The notes below the pieces were generated by a model. The model had not been told where the DNA came from. It did not search any database and saw only the letters and a list, made by a program, of their open reading frames with translations. This document shows, in pieces, positions 49,998 through 63,433 of a stretch of DNA of 64,000 nucleotides. Made by a program: the position numbers and the translations under genes. Source of the DNA: Phyllosticta citribraziliensis (Eukaryota); assembly GCF_038025025.1 (NCBI RefSeq), contig NW_027117346.1:1612001-1676000 (forward strand), given 5' to 3'. Within the stretch, counting starts at the first letter, position 1, and each line of letters begins with the position of its first letter.

Positions 49998-52072
49998 TCA
50001 CAAGTCGTAGCCGCCGCCCCTGTTCCTGACCTTTTCTCTCCTGTTGGCCTTAAAATGCTTCTTGCCAGTCATCTTCACCTCGGACGGGTCCACGTCGTTT
50101 TCCAACGCCTGCACAACCCTGGCCTTTCTCCCGGTCAAGTTCCTGCCCGACGCTTGTCCTTGCTCGCTGTACTTTTCGTGGAAAGGCCTCGTCAAGTGGC
50201 CAGCATTGCCTTGAGGCGCAAAGAACCTCTTGTCGAGAGTCTTGGTCTTGGCTCCCTGCACAACATTCTTGCCCAGGGGCACCACGTCGGCATCGTCCAT
50301 TAAAGAGGCCTCTTCGATGGGCTCGCCCGAAACGTTGCTCTCTTCGCGGAGAGCAAAAGCAGCCCGCCGCTTCTCGGGCAAGTGGGCCTCGTCGTACAGC
50401 TCGCGATTGAAGAGCCTGCCATCAATGGGCGGGTCCACGGGTGGCGGGTGGCAGTACAGGAGCTTGCCATTGACATAGTCTTTCAACACGTACCGAGCGG
50501 CTCTCGACTCGTCAGGCTGGCCATGACTGCCAGTGGTGCAAAAGCCGCGCGCGCTAGCATACGCTGCAAGCAGCTCGGAAGCAGTGGGAATGCCCGTGCC
50601 ACCCTCCTCAACTGCACGAATGTTGATCTTCATACCGTAGATGGCCTCGAGGAAAGCATGCGGGATGCGATGCGCAACGAGACCGGCAGGGCCAGTGAAC
50701 TCGCGCAGCTGGTCAATGGGTAAAACACCACAGCAGACGAGTTCCGCCTTTGTTGTCGCAAAGTTGGGGAATACGAGACCAGGACAATCGCACAGGATGA
50801 CCTTGTCGCTGAGGTGAATGGTCTGGAAGTGCTTGGTTTTACCAGGGGTGGCAGATACAGACACCTTTTTGGCGCCGATCAGGGCGTTGATGGTGGACGA
50901 CTTTCCGACGTTGGGGTAACCAACAAGACCGATTTGGACTTTCCGCGGCTTGTTGTCGGGGCCTGTGTCAATTTCAGGCGAGTGCTCGAGGAAGAGAGCC
51001 TCAAGTTCATCGGTGGTCAAAATCCGTACTGCTTCGCCATCGCCCAGAGACTCGTCTGCCTCGTGGCCAACCTTTTCTTCGTCGACCCATTGCTTTTCTT
51101 CGTCACCCTTGTCCTGAAGGTCCATCTTCTTGGCCTCTTGCGCGAGCTTGTCGTCTTCTTGTTGTGCTTCTTCTCTCTCCTCCTCTTCGGCCGCCTTGAT
51201 TTCCTCCTCTTCCTCGTCGTCCAGGTCCTCGGCCTCGTTCAGTTCTTTCGCCAGAGCCGCCGAGAAGAATTTGTAGTTGATGCCGCGCTCGATGAAATAA
51301 TTTGCCCATGTTTGCCTTTGTTCCAGGGTCATCATGTCGGCCTTGTTGACCAACAGCAGGTTGTTCTTCGACTTGTCCACTTCCTTGACGTAATTCTCCA
51401 GGTCTTCGGACCTAAACAGCAGCGGATTACGCGCGTCCACAATTTGGACAACAAGGTCTGATCGCTCGATGACACGCCACAGCTGCCGCCACACTTCGAT
51501 GTTGCGCTCAAACGGAGTCAGCAGCAAATCGTTGCTCTCTTGCAGCTCGGCCAAGCCCCTTCTCCATTGCAGCAGGCTCTCCCTCTCCCTCATGTCCAAC
51601 TCTTGCGGTGTAGTGTGCTCGTCCCACGCTGGACGGCGCGGCACAGTCAGATTTCTCTTGTGCGCATCCTGCTTACGGACCGCAGCGCGCTCCTCGGCGG
51701 CGGAGAGCAAGTAGGGATTCTTTTGGTCCTTGTGAATAATCTTGACATTGTTCATCTTCTCTGCCGTGAAGTCGGTACCCGCAAGCTCGGCAGTCGAAAG
51801 GAATTCATCGAGGGCAGCCTGCTCTGTGACACTGCGCATCTTGACCCATGAAGCCTCTTTCTTGCCGTTGGTAACGTACTAAACCCGTGTTAGCAAGGCG
51901 ACCAAACTCCAGATACCATGTCGCGTACCGTTTCACCATTTTGTCCTTTGCGCGTAATACCATTGGGGTCGTAGTTTCCGCGGCGCATGTCTGAGCCTTT
52001 GCCTTTGCCGAACCGGTCGTTCATCAGGCTGTTGCCCAGCCCGACTGAGTTTTTGGATTTTGCGAGCACCAT
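49998..52072 (-). CDS. LSG1: Large-subunit GTPase Lsg1
   Basis: MVLAKSKNSVGLGNSLMNDRF, TPFERNIEVWRQLWRVIERSD, and circularly permuted G motifs NKAD, GYPNVGKSS, TPGKTKHFQT and DCPG. One intron. Confidence 0.95.
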
Positions 52073-52301
52073 TTTGCCTGCTCTGTATTGCTGTCGGCGG
52101 TGTTTCAGTGGGTTTTGTGGGAAAAGACCACGGTCGGTCGGTTGTGGTGTTCAAGAGGAGGGGTGTAGAGGCGAGCGGCGAATGCGTCACTTTTTTTGAG
52201 CCGCACTTTGTCAGCAACATTTCTCAACCACCACCAAGCCGGCCAACTCCTTCCACATTTTACAAAGCAAACAGCTGCGCCCCGTACCGACACTGCCCGC
52301 C

Positions 52302-53767
52302 ATGCCGCCTCGCAGAAAAGTCTTGTCAGTGTCCCACTACGGCCCATCCTTGGCCCTAAAATTCTCTGCTAACGACCGCAAAGCGATAAGAAGAATGCGC
52401 AAAACTTCCACCTCGTCTTTCGCTCCCAAAATGACCCTCGCATCCACGATCCCGATGCGCCTGACATGGTCTTTGCCGAAGTCCCGGCGCCAAACACAAA
52501 CAAGCATCGCAATGACGACTGGGACGCGCCAACCAGCAGCGGCGCGAGCACGCTCAGCAGTGTTAGCCGAAGCAGCAAGATCAAATCAAGACGGGACCTG
52601 GAGGGCGAATTTGGAGGGCGCGTAAGAGTGAATGAAGGCGAAGCCGCCAACTACGGCATCTTCTACGACGACTCCAGATACGATTACATGCAACACTTGA
52701 GAGAGCTGGGAACGAGCGGACATGCCACCTTTGTGCCAGCCAAGGTTGCCGAGGAAAAGGGCAAGAAGAAAATGAAGCTCGAGGATATGCTGGAGAATAT
52801 GCACATGGGCGACGGCCAAAGCGAGGCTGATATGAGCATGTCATCCACTGCAAGCTCCAGCGCTGCCGACCTGTTTGGAGAGGACATGGCGCCAAGCGAG
52901 TTTGTCAGACCATCGACCTACCAGGACCAGCAAAGCATTCCCGACGCCATCGCTGGATTTCAGCCGGATATGGATCCGCGGTTGAGGGAAGTTTTGGAGG
53001 CGCTCGAGGACGAAGCCTATGTCGATGACGAGGATGACATTTTCGATGAGCTAGCCAAAGATGGACAGGAGGTTGATTCCAGGGCGTGGCAAGACGAGGA
53101 CGACTTTGACGAGGAAGATGACGGATGGGCTACGGACGACACCATCAAACCCACAAAAGAAAGCAAGTCTCCGCGGGATGCTGTGTCAAAAGAGGGCGTC
53201 GAGCTGCCTCCTGCGGATGGCCCAGCCCCGGACATGGATGACGCTGATGATGACTGGATGGCCGAGTTCAACAAGTTCAAAAAAGACGCCAAAGCCTCCA
53301 AAGCCCAAAAGCAGGTCGCTCCGTCTGAATTGCAGTCCTTTGTCACTGGTACCGACATGACTGGTGGCCGCCGCAAGAAGCGCAAGGGTGCAAAGACTTC
53401 AACCTCCAACTACAGTATGACTTCCTCGGCGCTCTTCCGCACCGACCAACAGAGTCTGCTGGACGAACGTTTCGACAAGATAGAAGAGGAGTACGCCAAC
53501 GACGGCTTTGGCGATGACGACATGTCCTTGGCCTCCGGCATGTCTGGAATTTCCGTCTACAGCAAAGCGTCGGAAATGGGCGGGCAGGCTCCGGGCTTGA
53601 GGACCGACTTTGACTCGATACTTGACGAGTTCTCCGGACAATATGTCGATAGTGGCCGCAAAAGGGGAAACAAGAAGAATGGATACAAGGATGGTCTGGC
53701 GCAGCTAGACGACGTTCGAAAGGGCTTGGGACCGGCCAAGCTCAAGCAGTCCCCCAAGGCTCGTTGA
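52302..53767 (+). CDS. LTV1: 40S biogenesis factor Ltv1
   Basis: MPPRRKVF-DKKNAQNFHLVFRSQNDP (intron ~52325-52383), GEAANYGIFYDDSRYDYMQHLR, GFQPDMDPRLREVLEALEDEAY and YSMTSS. Confidence 0.92.
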
Positions 53768-54570
53768 GCGCTGGTCGTCAGGTTTGCATGGAATCATGGT
53801 AACGACAGGCGTTGGGGCTCAAAAATGACGCATATGGGCATGGCAAAGGCAGGATACCTTGAAAATTTACTAAACTGGAACGTACCAATTGGCGCAACGA
53901 ATGAGCGACTGATGACTTGCGTGCAGACCATGCGGACCCTACCGGTGCCTGTATGAAATCACCGTCCGATTGGCCACTCGGCACATGCGAAACTAACTTG
54001 GCCGTTGATCGTGGAACGCGGAAAAGCTTATGGCGGGACGAACCTAGTGTGTGTGCAGTAGCTCCCAGGTTCCCGGCAGGGAAACGCAAACACGGGGGAC
54101 AGCCCTCTATTTGCTATGAACACATTCTCTAGATCGCCGGACATAACAGTCGTTCTCGAGCGCTTTGACGATTTTTCATCGGTCGACTGTCGCTTTCTCG
54201 ACGCATGGGCTATGGCGTCAGGCAGGGTACCGCCGGCATCTGACGGCACCCCTAGAGACGCACAGCGAATCGTCAATTCAGCATACCCGATGACCTTTTC
54301 GGCCCCACACGTTCACATTCGGCGACCTCTTTGACGGAACTTTCGCGCCCGCGTCCGCGTTCTCAGGAGACGCCATTGGTCGAGTGCTCAAAGAACGACC
54401 TAGATGCGCTCCGAGAGCTTTCCTTTGGCGCGTCGACACTTGTTCGAGACGACGAGGTGAGCGGATGTCGGGGTTGAGATGCTCCACAACATTGAGATGT
54501 GAGGAGATCTAGTATGGAAGTGCCGCAGAATATATAATGCTTCATGTCTGTCCAAAATCCCCAGACAACG

Positions 54571-54616
54571 AGTTCTCCGCATCTTTAATTCTCCGCATCT
54601 TTAGTTCTCCGCATCT
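54571..54616 (+). repeat. Three tandem 16-bp units (A[G/A]TTCTCCGCATCTTT) just before the P450 ATG
   Basis: Units start at 54571, 54587 and 54603. TATATAA lies at 54531. Confidence 0.85.
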
Positions 54617-54622
54617 CCAGAC

Positions 54623-56293
54623 ATGGCGACTCCACTACCAGCTCCGAGCAGATATTTCGAGTCTCCTATCCACCTAACAGGCGTCCTTGTGTTATTTACA
54701 GTCCTCTTCTGGGTGTTTCAAGTAAGCCACTCTATACCTTGCACGAATACTAGCTAAGAAGAATTACAGAGGATCTATGCTGCCCTTACTTCGCCACTGC
54801 GCAAAGTACCTGGACCGTTTTGGTCGCATCTGACGCGCTACCCCTTGAAATGGGCCGTCATTACGGGGCAGCGCACGCTATTCATACACAAGCTGCATGA
54901 AAGGTATGGGCCGTTGGTGCGCATCTCGCCGTGGGAGGTGTCGTGCAGCGATCCCGAGGCAGTGCGGGCAATCCACAAGCCCAATTCGGGCTTCGTCAAG
55001 ACGGATTGGTACACGGCCCTTGTTGAGACGGACGAGGGCATCTTCAGCACGAGTGACCCGAAGAAGCACGCGTCGTATCGCCGATTGATGGCGCGGGCGT
55101 TTTCCAACAGCGAGATTCGCACACACTGGGAGCCCATGGTGCATGCCAAGGCGAAGCTGGCGGTCCACCAGATTGAGAACGAGTGTCGACGGGCTGGTGA
55201 GGCCGATGTGCTCAAGTGGTGGACGTTTATGGCAACGGACGTCAGTGGCACGTTGATGTTTGGCGAGAGCTTCAACATGCTCGAATATGGCAAGGTAACG
55301 TCACGACCGATCGCGCCCAAATAAGTGTCGACGGCATTCCTGACTTGCTTGTCAATTCCACAGAAAAACGAGTACATCCACGTCCTCGAGCTGGCCATGA
55401 CGGCCGGCGGCATCCGCGCCGAGCTCCCCCTGGTCGACGCCATTGGCAAACTGCTTCCCATCCCCGCATGCCGGACATTCTTCCACGCATTCAAGAAGCT
55501 CACCAGCTACGGCTCCAAGGCCGTCGCCAACAGCCGGCGCACCAAAGACGACGGCACGACCAACACGACCATCTTCGCGCAGCTGGACCCGGACGAGCTG
55601 GCGCAAACGACGTGCCCCTTGAAGACTGACGCCGACATCTTCCGCGAAGCCGGCGGCTTGATCGTCGCCGGGAGCGACACGACGGCCATCACGCTGACCT
55701 ACCTGACGTGGTGCGTCCTGCAGCGGCCGCAGCTGCACCGCGCCCTCGAGGCCGAAGTCGCCGCACTCCCTGCCTTCACCGACGCCCAGCTCGAGACGCA
55801 GTGCCCGCTCCTCACGGCCAGCATCAACGAGGCCCTGCGCCTCTACGGCGCCGCGCCCTGCAGCCTGCCGCGCCGCTCCGTCGCGCCACAGGGCACAACG
55901 CTCGCCGGCTTCTTCGTCCCGCCCGGCACCACCGTGTCCACCCAGGCGTGGACCCTGCACCGCGACGCCGCCTTCTGGCGCGACCCGGAGACCTTCACGC
56001 CCGCGCGCTGGCTCGACCTGGCCCCGACGACGGCGCCGGCGAGTCTGCACTTCCAGCCGTTCAACTCCGGGCCGCGCATCTGCTTGGGGCTGCACCTCGC
56101 CATGATGGAGCTGCGGGTTGCGTTTGCGGTGTTCTTGAGGGAGTTTCGCGGCCGCGTGGCGTTGGGCGAGAGCATGCGGGGCGAGAAGGGGGAGGAGTGT
56201 ATGCGGGTGAAGGATTATTTCTTGATCAGGCCGAAGGGGGAGAGGTGCATGGTTGCTGTCGGCGAGGAGGAGCAGAAGAGGGAGATGGAGTGA
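54623..56293 (+). CDS. Cytochrome P450 monooxygenase
   Basis: N-terminal transmembrane anchor, KVPGP hinge, LHERYGPLVRISP, AGSDTT (I helix), EALR (ExxR), FTPARW and PFNSGPRICLG (heme Cys). Two introns. Confidence 0.92.
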
Positions 56294-59200
56294 GTGAGGC
56301 TGAGGGGAGTCAACTTGACGTCGCTGTTCCATCCATGTAGAAGGTGCGATGGCGGTGTTTGAGAGAATTTCAGGGGGGCGTTGGGTCGGGTAAGAGAGCA
56401 TGCGAGGTAGGAAGGGGGGAGGGCCAGAAGAGGCACATAGATTGAGTTGAGTGAATAGAAAGTGACCAAGGAGAATTTGACTTCCTCTTAATGCTCTTGA
56501 GGGAAAGGTGCAATTTTGTCCTCCACACCACACCGAGGTCTTCTCAGGGCGTTTCCTTCATCTTGACAGCACCACACCACATCTGTTTGTTTAAATGCGC
56601 CTGGCTACAGCCTCCCATGGCAACAAAAGCGGCATCCATCTTGATGAAGCCACCAGCCAGCATTCGGCGTGACCTTTATTCAAAAGGTAGTACATCCACA
56701 ACTGCCAGTGCCCCAATATGTAGCTAGCTAGCAACACTGAGGAGGCCAGCCAAAAGCTCTACGCAAGTACTCACTGTACGACTCGAAAACCAACGACAGT
56801 AACCCCGTCGTCCAAGAAAGAACCGACCCACTCATCCGTCGATCTATAAAAATAGAGTTTCAGCAAAAGAAAAGACAGACGCCTACGGCAAAGGAAGCAC
56901 AGGAAAGCTAAATGTTAAGCTTAACTTTATTTCCGACTGCTTTCCCCACTACGTGCACGTAACATCATGGATTTCGCATCTCGCCCATCCACGCATCGTC
57001 TTACGCCACTATTGTCGATATGATATGTTTACACTTGCATGGCTATTTCTCCGACTTCATGCTCGTGTGCGGGTGCTGCTGCTGGCGGGGAGTGCATCAT
57101 GTAGCGGGGTCTGGGGACAGCTCAAAAATGCTGCATGCTTTCATTTGCTGCTGTCGTGTTTTCTCTTTCTCCCTCTTTTTCTCTCGCTCCCAAACAGTCG
57201 CTCCCAAACAGGCAGCCCAGTCGACCATTCGTCCGGCCAGGCAGGCGGTCCGACTACTGGTCCCGCACCACCTACCTACCTACCGCCCGGCACAGGCTTT
57301 CCGAGACGGCCGAGTTCAAGTCGATGCAACACGTTTGACTCGGCAGGGAATTTTCGGTTTGCTGTTCAGTTGGCTTGAAATGCCCCCCCGCCTATAGTGC
57401 AAGGGGAAAGATAGACGAGGTGTGACGTGTGGTCGACGGCGTAGAGGTAATGTGGCAGCAACAAGTCGACAAAACAACGCAACGAGTCATCAGAGCGACA
57501 GCAGCTTGCCAGTTCGCGCCAAAGTGGAAGGAGCCCACGTGCGCGGTTGTGCGCCCAGAACCCAAGGCAAATGCAATATAACATGCGATGCCTGCCATGC
57601 CACTATGCGTAGGGACCACAACTTGCAAGCATACGGCCGCGCCGTACATAGGCCGATGAGACCGTCGTGACTTGACAGCGACGGGGCGAGTCATGGAGAT
57701 GGTCGGGCGATCTGGTGGGTGGTCTGATCTGCTCCACATGGCAAAGACGGCGGCGACCCTTAGCATTCACCGCGACCGCGCGACCGCAACCGCAACCGGA
57801 AGTTGTGATGGTTGAGGTGGTGGTAGATTGATGGTGCTGGGACAGACAGGCAGGCAGGCAGGAAGGCCGAGCGGCGACCCGTGTGTCGTTTTCTCATCTC
57901 ATCTCGTCCTTGGTGGGAGTCCGTGTGGTCGTGGTCGTGGTCCAGTCGTCGATGGTCGCTTCGCGGGGCTCGGGGTTTGGTACGTGTCCGCGCCTTTGAG
58001 GAAGGAGGTATTTCCTAGGCGTGTAGGTGGCTGTCTTTTGCTGACAAGAACAAGAAAGAGGGACGTCAAGAGAATTCAAGAGACTCACCTCCTACCTACC
58101 CCTTTTCGCCCACTGAGTTATATCCCTTGTCCGCTGCCGCTCCAGCTCTCCCCGTTGGCCGACCAATAGCAGCAAGCAGATTGGTCCATGATTTGGGCCT
58201 GTTGGCAAGTCAGTGAGCCAGCTAGACCTATCACTCAATCAAACCGGTCAACAACAATCAGAAAACGAGCACCATGATGTCCCTCACGCCCATGCTGGCA
58301 TCAAATAATCAGGACTGGGCGGGCCAGGCTAGACCGCGTGGATGACAATGATTGACAGACAGGGAGGGGACTCGTCGACGCGCCGCCCGCCGCGCCGCTC
58401 TACCTGCCCATTCTCTGCACCACGAGCATCCGCTTGAATCGACGAGATGAGTCGAGACGACAGGGAGGGAGAAAGGCGCCAGGAGCGAATCCTGGCTCGG
58501 CCGCTTCTGGTGCCAATGCCAATGAGGAGATGGTAGGGCGGAGCGTGCGGCGCAAGTGGTGCGGTGCGTGGAGCACCTAAGGCGCTCTACCACCACCGCC
58601 CGCCACTGCCACAACGTGGCCCCTGACCGGGGAACGAAAGCGAGCGAACAAATGAATTGACTTGAGCGACAAGATGCGAGATACGATCAGAGCCACCACG
58701 CGCGCCGGCGGAACGGACAGACCATGTGGCTGGCTGGCTGCAAAGATGGCTGCCACGCGCTGCTGGCTGCTGCTGTTGCTGCACGGGCATGGTGGCTCTC
58801 GCTTTTGATGGTCTGGCATGGCACGTTCGCACCGCCATAATGCCGGCCCACCACATGGCATGTCTGCAGGGGAGCAGCAGCTGAGAGATCAACGATACGG
58901 ATGACGACGACGACGTCGTGGTCATTACCAACGTCTGGCTGGGCACGTCTTGTTGTGTCAGCGAAGATGGTTTGTTGTCGTCCAGTCGGATCGCGTGCCT
59001 CCGTGTCTTGCATCTTGTCGTCGTCCGTCGGAGCTCTCGTGTTCGGCCACTGGGAAACGATGGCTTTTCTGCGATGCGCGTGTGCTGACGACAGCCAGGC
59101 ATCCCCTTTGATGCGGGGAAAAGACCAAAGTGGTGTACGGGGCCAACAGTCGACCTGCTTCGTCTGCCGTGGTCTGCCAGTCGCCATGAGCAGACATGAC

Positions 59201-61606
59201 GACGAACGCACATGGGCTGTCTTGGCAGAGGCAGCGGCGTCAACGGCCAAGCAATCACAGGTCAAAGCAGGGCGCAGCAGCTCTCTCAAGGTAGCGCACC
59301 GAGCCGTACCGTAACCTACCGGTGACTGGGGTGGGGAAATGCCTGGTGCCCAACGTGTCTGGCGAGTCGTGGTGATGAAATGAGGTTGAGACAGTGGGGA
59401 ACCGTGCGTGCGGTACGGGACTTGAATTGACCAGGAAAGCAGCCGTGCGTGGGCGACGCTCGCTTGGGTGGGTAGCGGATCTCGCCTGTGGAATGGCAGA
59501 TCTCTATTGCCACATGATGCGTGCGTGCGTCGGTCGGTTCGTGCGTCGCCAATGTGTGGGGAGGTGGGCCTGCGCGCCATGGCCATCAATAGTCGTTTTG
59601 AAAAGGTCGAGGCGAGAAGATAGTGAACAACGAAGTTGGAAAGGGGGATAGAACTGCTGCCGTGTAACTCTTGCAGAGGTTGCTATCGCCTTGTGCTGTG
59701 GCGATGACGCGCTAAGCGAAGCCGTGCAGCACGACCACAACCACATTGAAATCGAGTTGCAGACCCAAGGTTTTCCGGGGAGATTCGGCAATCTCAAGAC
59801 TGCTTCGCCGGACTCTTGCGTGTGAGATGGGCGACCCAGCTTCCAGCCAGTAATCCAAGGCTATATACTTTGGAGTTTTGACAGGGACAAAAAGGACTTG
59901 GAAAAACGACTGTGGCTGGTTGTAGGAGAAGGTTGTCTGTGACAGGTTCCACAACCTACCTTCGGAGAATAAACTGTGGCACCCTGGCAACAACTTTAAA
60001 CACGCCTTCTCGCTGCAATGCAAAGAAGCTGTTGTCGCTGGCAACTGGCTCAGAAGCCACAGGTCCAGTTTGCATATTTCCAACGACTGCAATTCGGAAA
60101 TGGACCACCATCAATTGCGCCATGACTCGGGCTGTTTCGAACGCGCCAACGGCACAACGCGTGGCAAGACGATCGCGTCCCAAAATCCAAGCCTAGCACG
60201 TCATATTTCGACGAGTACAGCGCGGCCTGCTTGGTGGCTGCTCACCGACGTGTGGCTAGAGACACTGGCACTCGTGGTTTTGACTCGGGTCCAAACACTC
60301 GCTTGCCGTCTGCCTTGACCGCGTTGGGTTGGGGTGCTGTGTCAATGACGAACCCGCCTGCTTTCCTGCGCGTCGCCTCGCACTAACGGCGCTCACCCCT
60401 CAAGGCCGCTCCTCTCCCGTCGCATGCAAGAGAGCCGGGCGCTCACCACCAGCTCGGGGCGGACTCGGCCGAGACTGAGACGCCGTCTGCGAGGGATGGC
60501 ACGCCGAAGAGGAATTCCGAGGCGGCATGTCCCTTTTCGATGAGGTCTGCCGTTGTGGGGACGAGTGCTAGTATGCGGATTTTGGTGAGACGGTGAAGAC
60601 GCGGATCACTGCGTCACCAGCTGTCTGAGTGGTTGGAAATGACCCCTGTGGCATTGGACATGTTGACGATGCAGAGCAGAGGTCAGCAGGTAGGACCTTT
60701 TTCGAAACGCCGCAGTTCCAACTGGACCAGATATGTCGAATGCGCGACAGGTGGCAGCTCTCGGATTGTCCCACTCGCGCAGCAGGATCTGAAATGGGGT
60801 GGCCGGGCTCACACTGACACGTGAGATGATTTGCAAAGGCGTCCAACGTCGTATCTACTGCCACGATACAATGGCAGCGACATGGGCTTCATCCCGCAAG
60901 AGGTGGGGGACGATTGACCTGGGCGCACAGCAAACGGCTGCATATTCAAGTCCCCATTCGGCATGGCGAAGTTGGATTTGAGGTTGTTTGTCTCGTTTGA
61001 CGTCTGGGGCAGGGTGGCGACGCGCTAAACCGAGAGCTTGCTCTAGGGCTGAGAGCTCCAGCGGACGGAACTGGGTGATGCGGCTCAGATCTTAGTTTGA
61101 AACCAGGGATTTTTCCAACCTAGACTGCTCAAGGCAAAGACTCCGTCTGTCAAGCTTATGCTTACTTGGATGGGAAAGACTTGGAATCCACCTGCACGCA
61201 AGACGGTTTCGTTTCCAACATGTTTAATGCCCTCAAACCAACGTTTGGGAAATCAACGCGAGCGGCAGGCAGTGCGCCGGCTTCGGCAAGGCTTGACGGC
61301 CATGCGCATGTCCGATCCCATTTCGCATTCCAGTGCAGCTGAAGGAAGGAATTGGCCAATCCCAGTCCACCTGACCGGGACGAATTGCGAGATTTGAAAG
61401 TACCTACCCGCCTGCTTTTGAAAAGTGGAGAAGATGGAGGCGGTTCTGCAGCGCGCCGAATAATGGACCAATCGCTCCAACGGCCTCGAGGGCAACATCG
61501 AGAGCAGAGACGACGGATCAGCCGAGGATCCCGTCTACTGCAAGGGCGAGGCGACTCGAGGGTCAGGGCAAATGAATCAATGAATGGGCGCATGTCGGTC
61601 GACACA

Positions 61607-61626
61607 TTTTTTTTTTTTTTTTTTTT
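61607..61626. repeat. Poly-T tract (20 nt)
   Basis: Seen directly in the sequence. Confidence 0.9.
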
Positions 61627-62883
61627 CCTTTGCCCTGCCGCAAAGTCGCGCACTGGGCTGTACCATGCAGGCGAGAACGGTTTCGAGACAGGTTGCAGAA
61701 GGCGGATGTGCAACGGGTGGACTTAGCGTTTCAGCTTGGATGATGCAGCACGTGGATATGGTAACCAGAGGAACATGGAGGAGGATTTCGGCGCCAACGA
61801 GCTAATTGCCGCGCCATAGCCGCGGTAGCTACCGCAAGCCGCCCAGCCGCATCTGCAGCAAAAGTGCCGACGATGGGTAGGTTAATGGGACCGAACTGAT
61901 AAGGAGCGCCACCACAAAGCTGTTCAGGCCTCGGGACTAGCGGTGGATGGCGTCCGGAGAAGAAAAAACCGGTGTGAATAGGGCAAGCCGCTTAGGACCA
62001 CATGTGGTGGGTGCCAGACAACATGACTCTCTGGCAGAGGCTAGCAGACGCTGCTGTCGTCGTGGTCGTGAAACTGCCATGGCACGTGTTGGGAGCAGGC
62101 AGTCAAGAGTCAGATGCGGGTCAGTGCTCGGGTTGCAAATATAGAAAGATTTGGCAGCAGCGGTTGGCAATTGGAGGACAGCGCATCCCCAGAGCTGCGC
62201 AGCTAGGAGTCTGGGGTGTTGAGTTGGCCTAGCATGGCAGGACAGAAGCTGGCCTGAGAGCGGAGCGATAGGTCTTTGCCGAAACACATACATGGTCAAG
62301 TCAGGACGCGGAGCTGGCGGAGCTGGCGGAGGCGGACTGGTGCAAATTGCCAAGTGACCGAAAGAGTCCAGATGCGAAAGGGACGACCATGACAGCGTCA
62401 GGAACGGCACTGCATCGAAGGGGACTTGGTTGTCACATGAGGATGGGCAACCCTTGTTGCAAGCCAAATGAGACGGGTACGTACGTGGACAGTGACGATG
62501 GTGAGTTTTGCCGGACCATGGTGGTTACATGACCATGGGGCGGAACAGCGAAGAGAGCAGACAGAGACGACAGGGCCTAGACGTGTTTAGCGCGGGGCGT
62601 TGGTTGCGAGAGGGGATTGAACGAAGGGCCGATGGTGGTGGAGGACCTGAAGAAAACGGCGGCCGACGAGGCAGAGCAGGTTGAGAGAAGCTGACCACAC
62701 AGAGACGGCGGAAGGCCAACAGTTGAGGCCGATCGTTATGGCGCAGAGGGAGCAGCGTGCATGCTGGTCTTGATCGAGAGATGAGGAGCAGCCCTGTCGT
62801 CGGGCGAAAAGGGCACCCCCCTGCTCTGGCGCCAGGAGAGAGAGCCAGGCATGGAGGCGGGAAACGGAGAGGGAGGGAGGTAG

Positions 62884-62930
62884 ATGCGGTGCGATGCGAT
62901 GCGATGCGAAGCGAAGCGATGCGATGCGAT
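62884..62930. repeat. (GCGAT/GCGAA)n pentanucleotide microsatellite
   Basis: Seen directly in the sequence. Confidence 0.8.
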
Positions 62931-63336
62931 GGCGCAGGACTTGGACGTGGTCGTGAGAGATGCAAGCGGGGCGAGGGCAGCGAGAATGCAGAGGAGCTCA
63001 CTCAGAGAGAGAGAGAGGGTCGAGTGATGGCTGGGCTGGGCTGCGGTGGGCTGGGCAGGCGGGCAGCAGCAGCGCTTGGACGTAGTAGTAGTAGGTGCGT
63101 GGATGCGGAGCGGAGGATGTGGATGGGATGTGGATGGGTCTGGGATGGCCTCGCTGACATGGGACGTGAATGTTTTGGCGATATTGCGCGCTGCAGCCTG
63201 ACTAAGCTGCGACTGAGGGCGAGTCAGTTAGGTTCCTTGGTGGGTGCCGTGCTGGGGCCGCGGGCAGCCACTTGCTGGCGATGTGCGAGGTGATGATTTG
63301 GGTGTTATTTGGGAGGGAGAGAGAGAGGGCGAGACG

Positions 63337-63341
<5 letters not shown>

Positions 63342-63428
<87 letters not shown>
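63342..63428. repeat. Perfect (AG)~43 microsatellite
   Basis: Seen directly in the sequence. Confidence 0.95.

Positions 63429-63433
<5 letters not shown>

Noticed and set aside
54623..56293. Secondary-metabolite gene cluster around the P450
   Set aside because: The neighbours are LTV1 and non-coding DNA; there is no PKS, NRPS or terpene synthase in the window.
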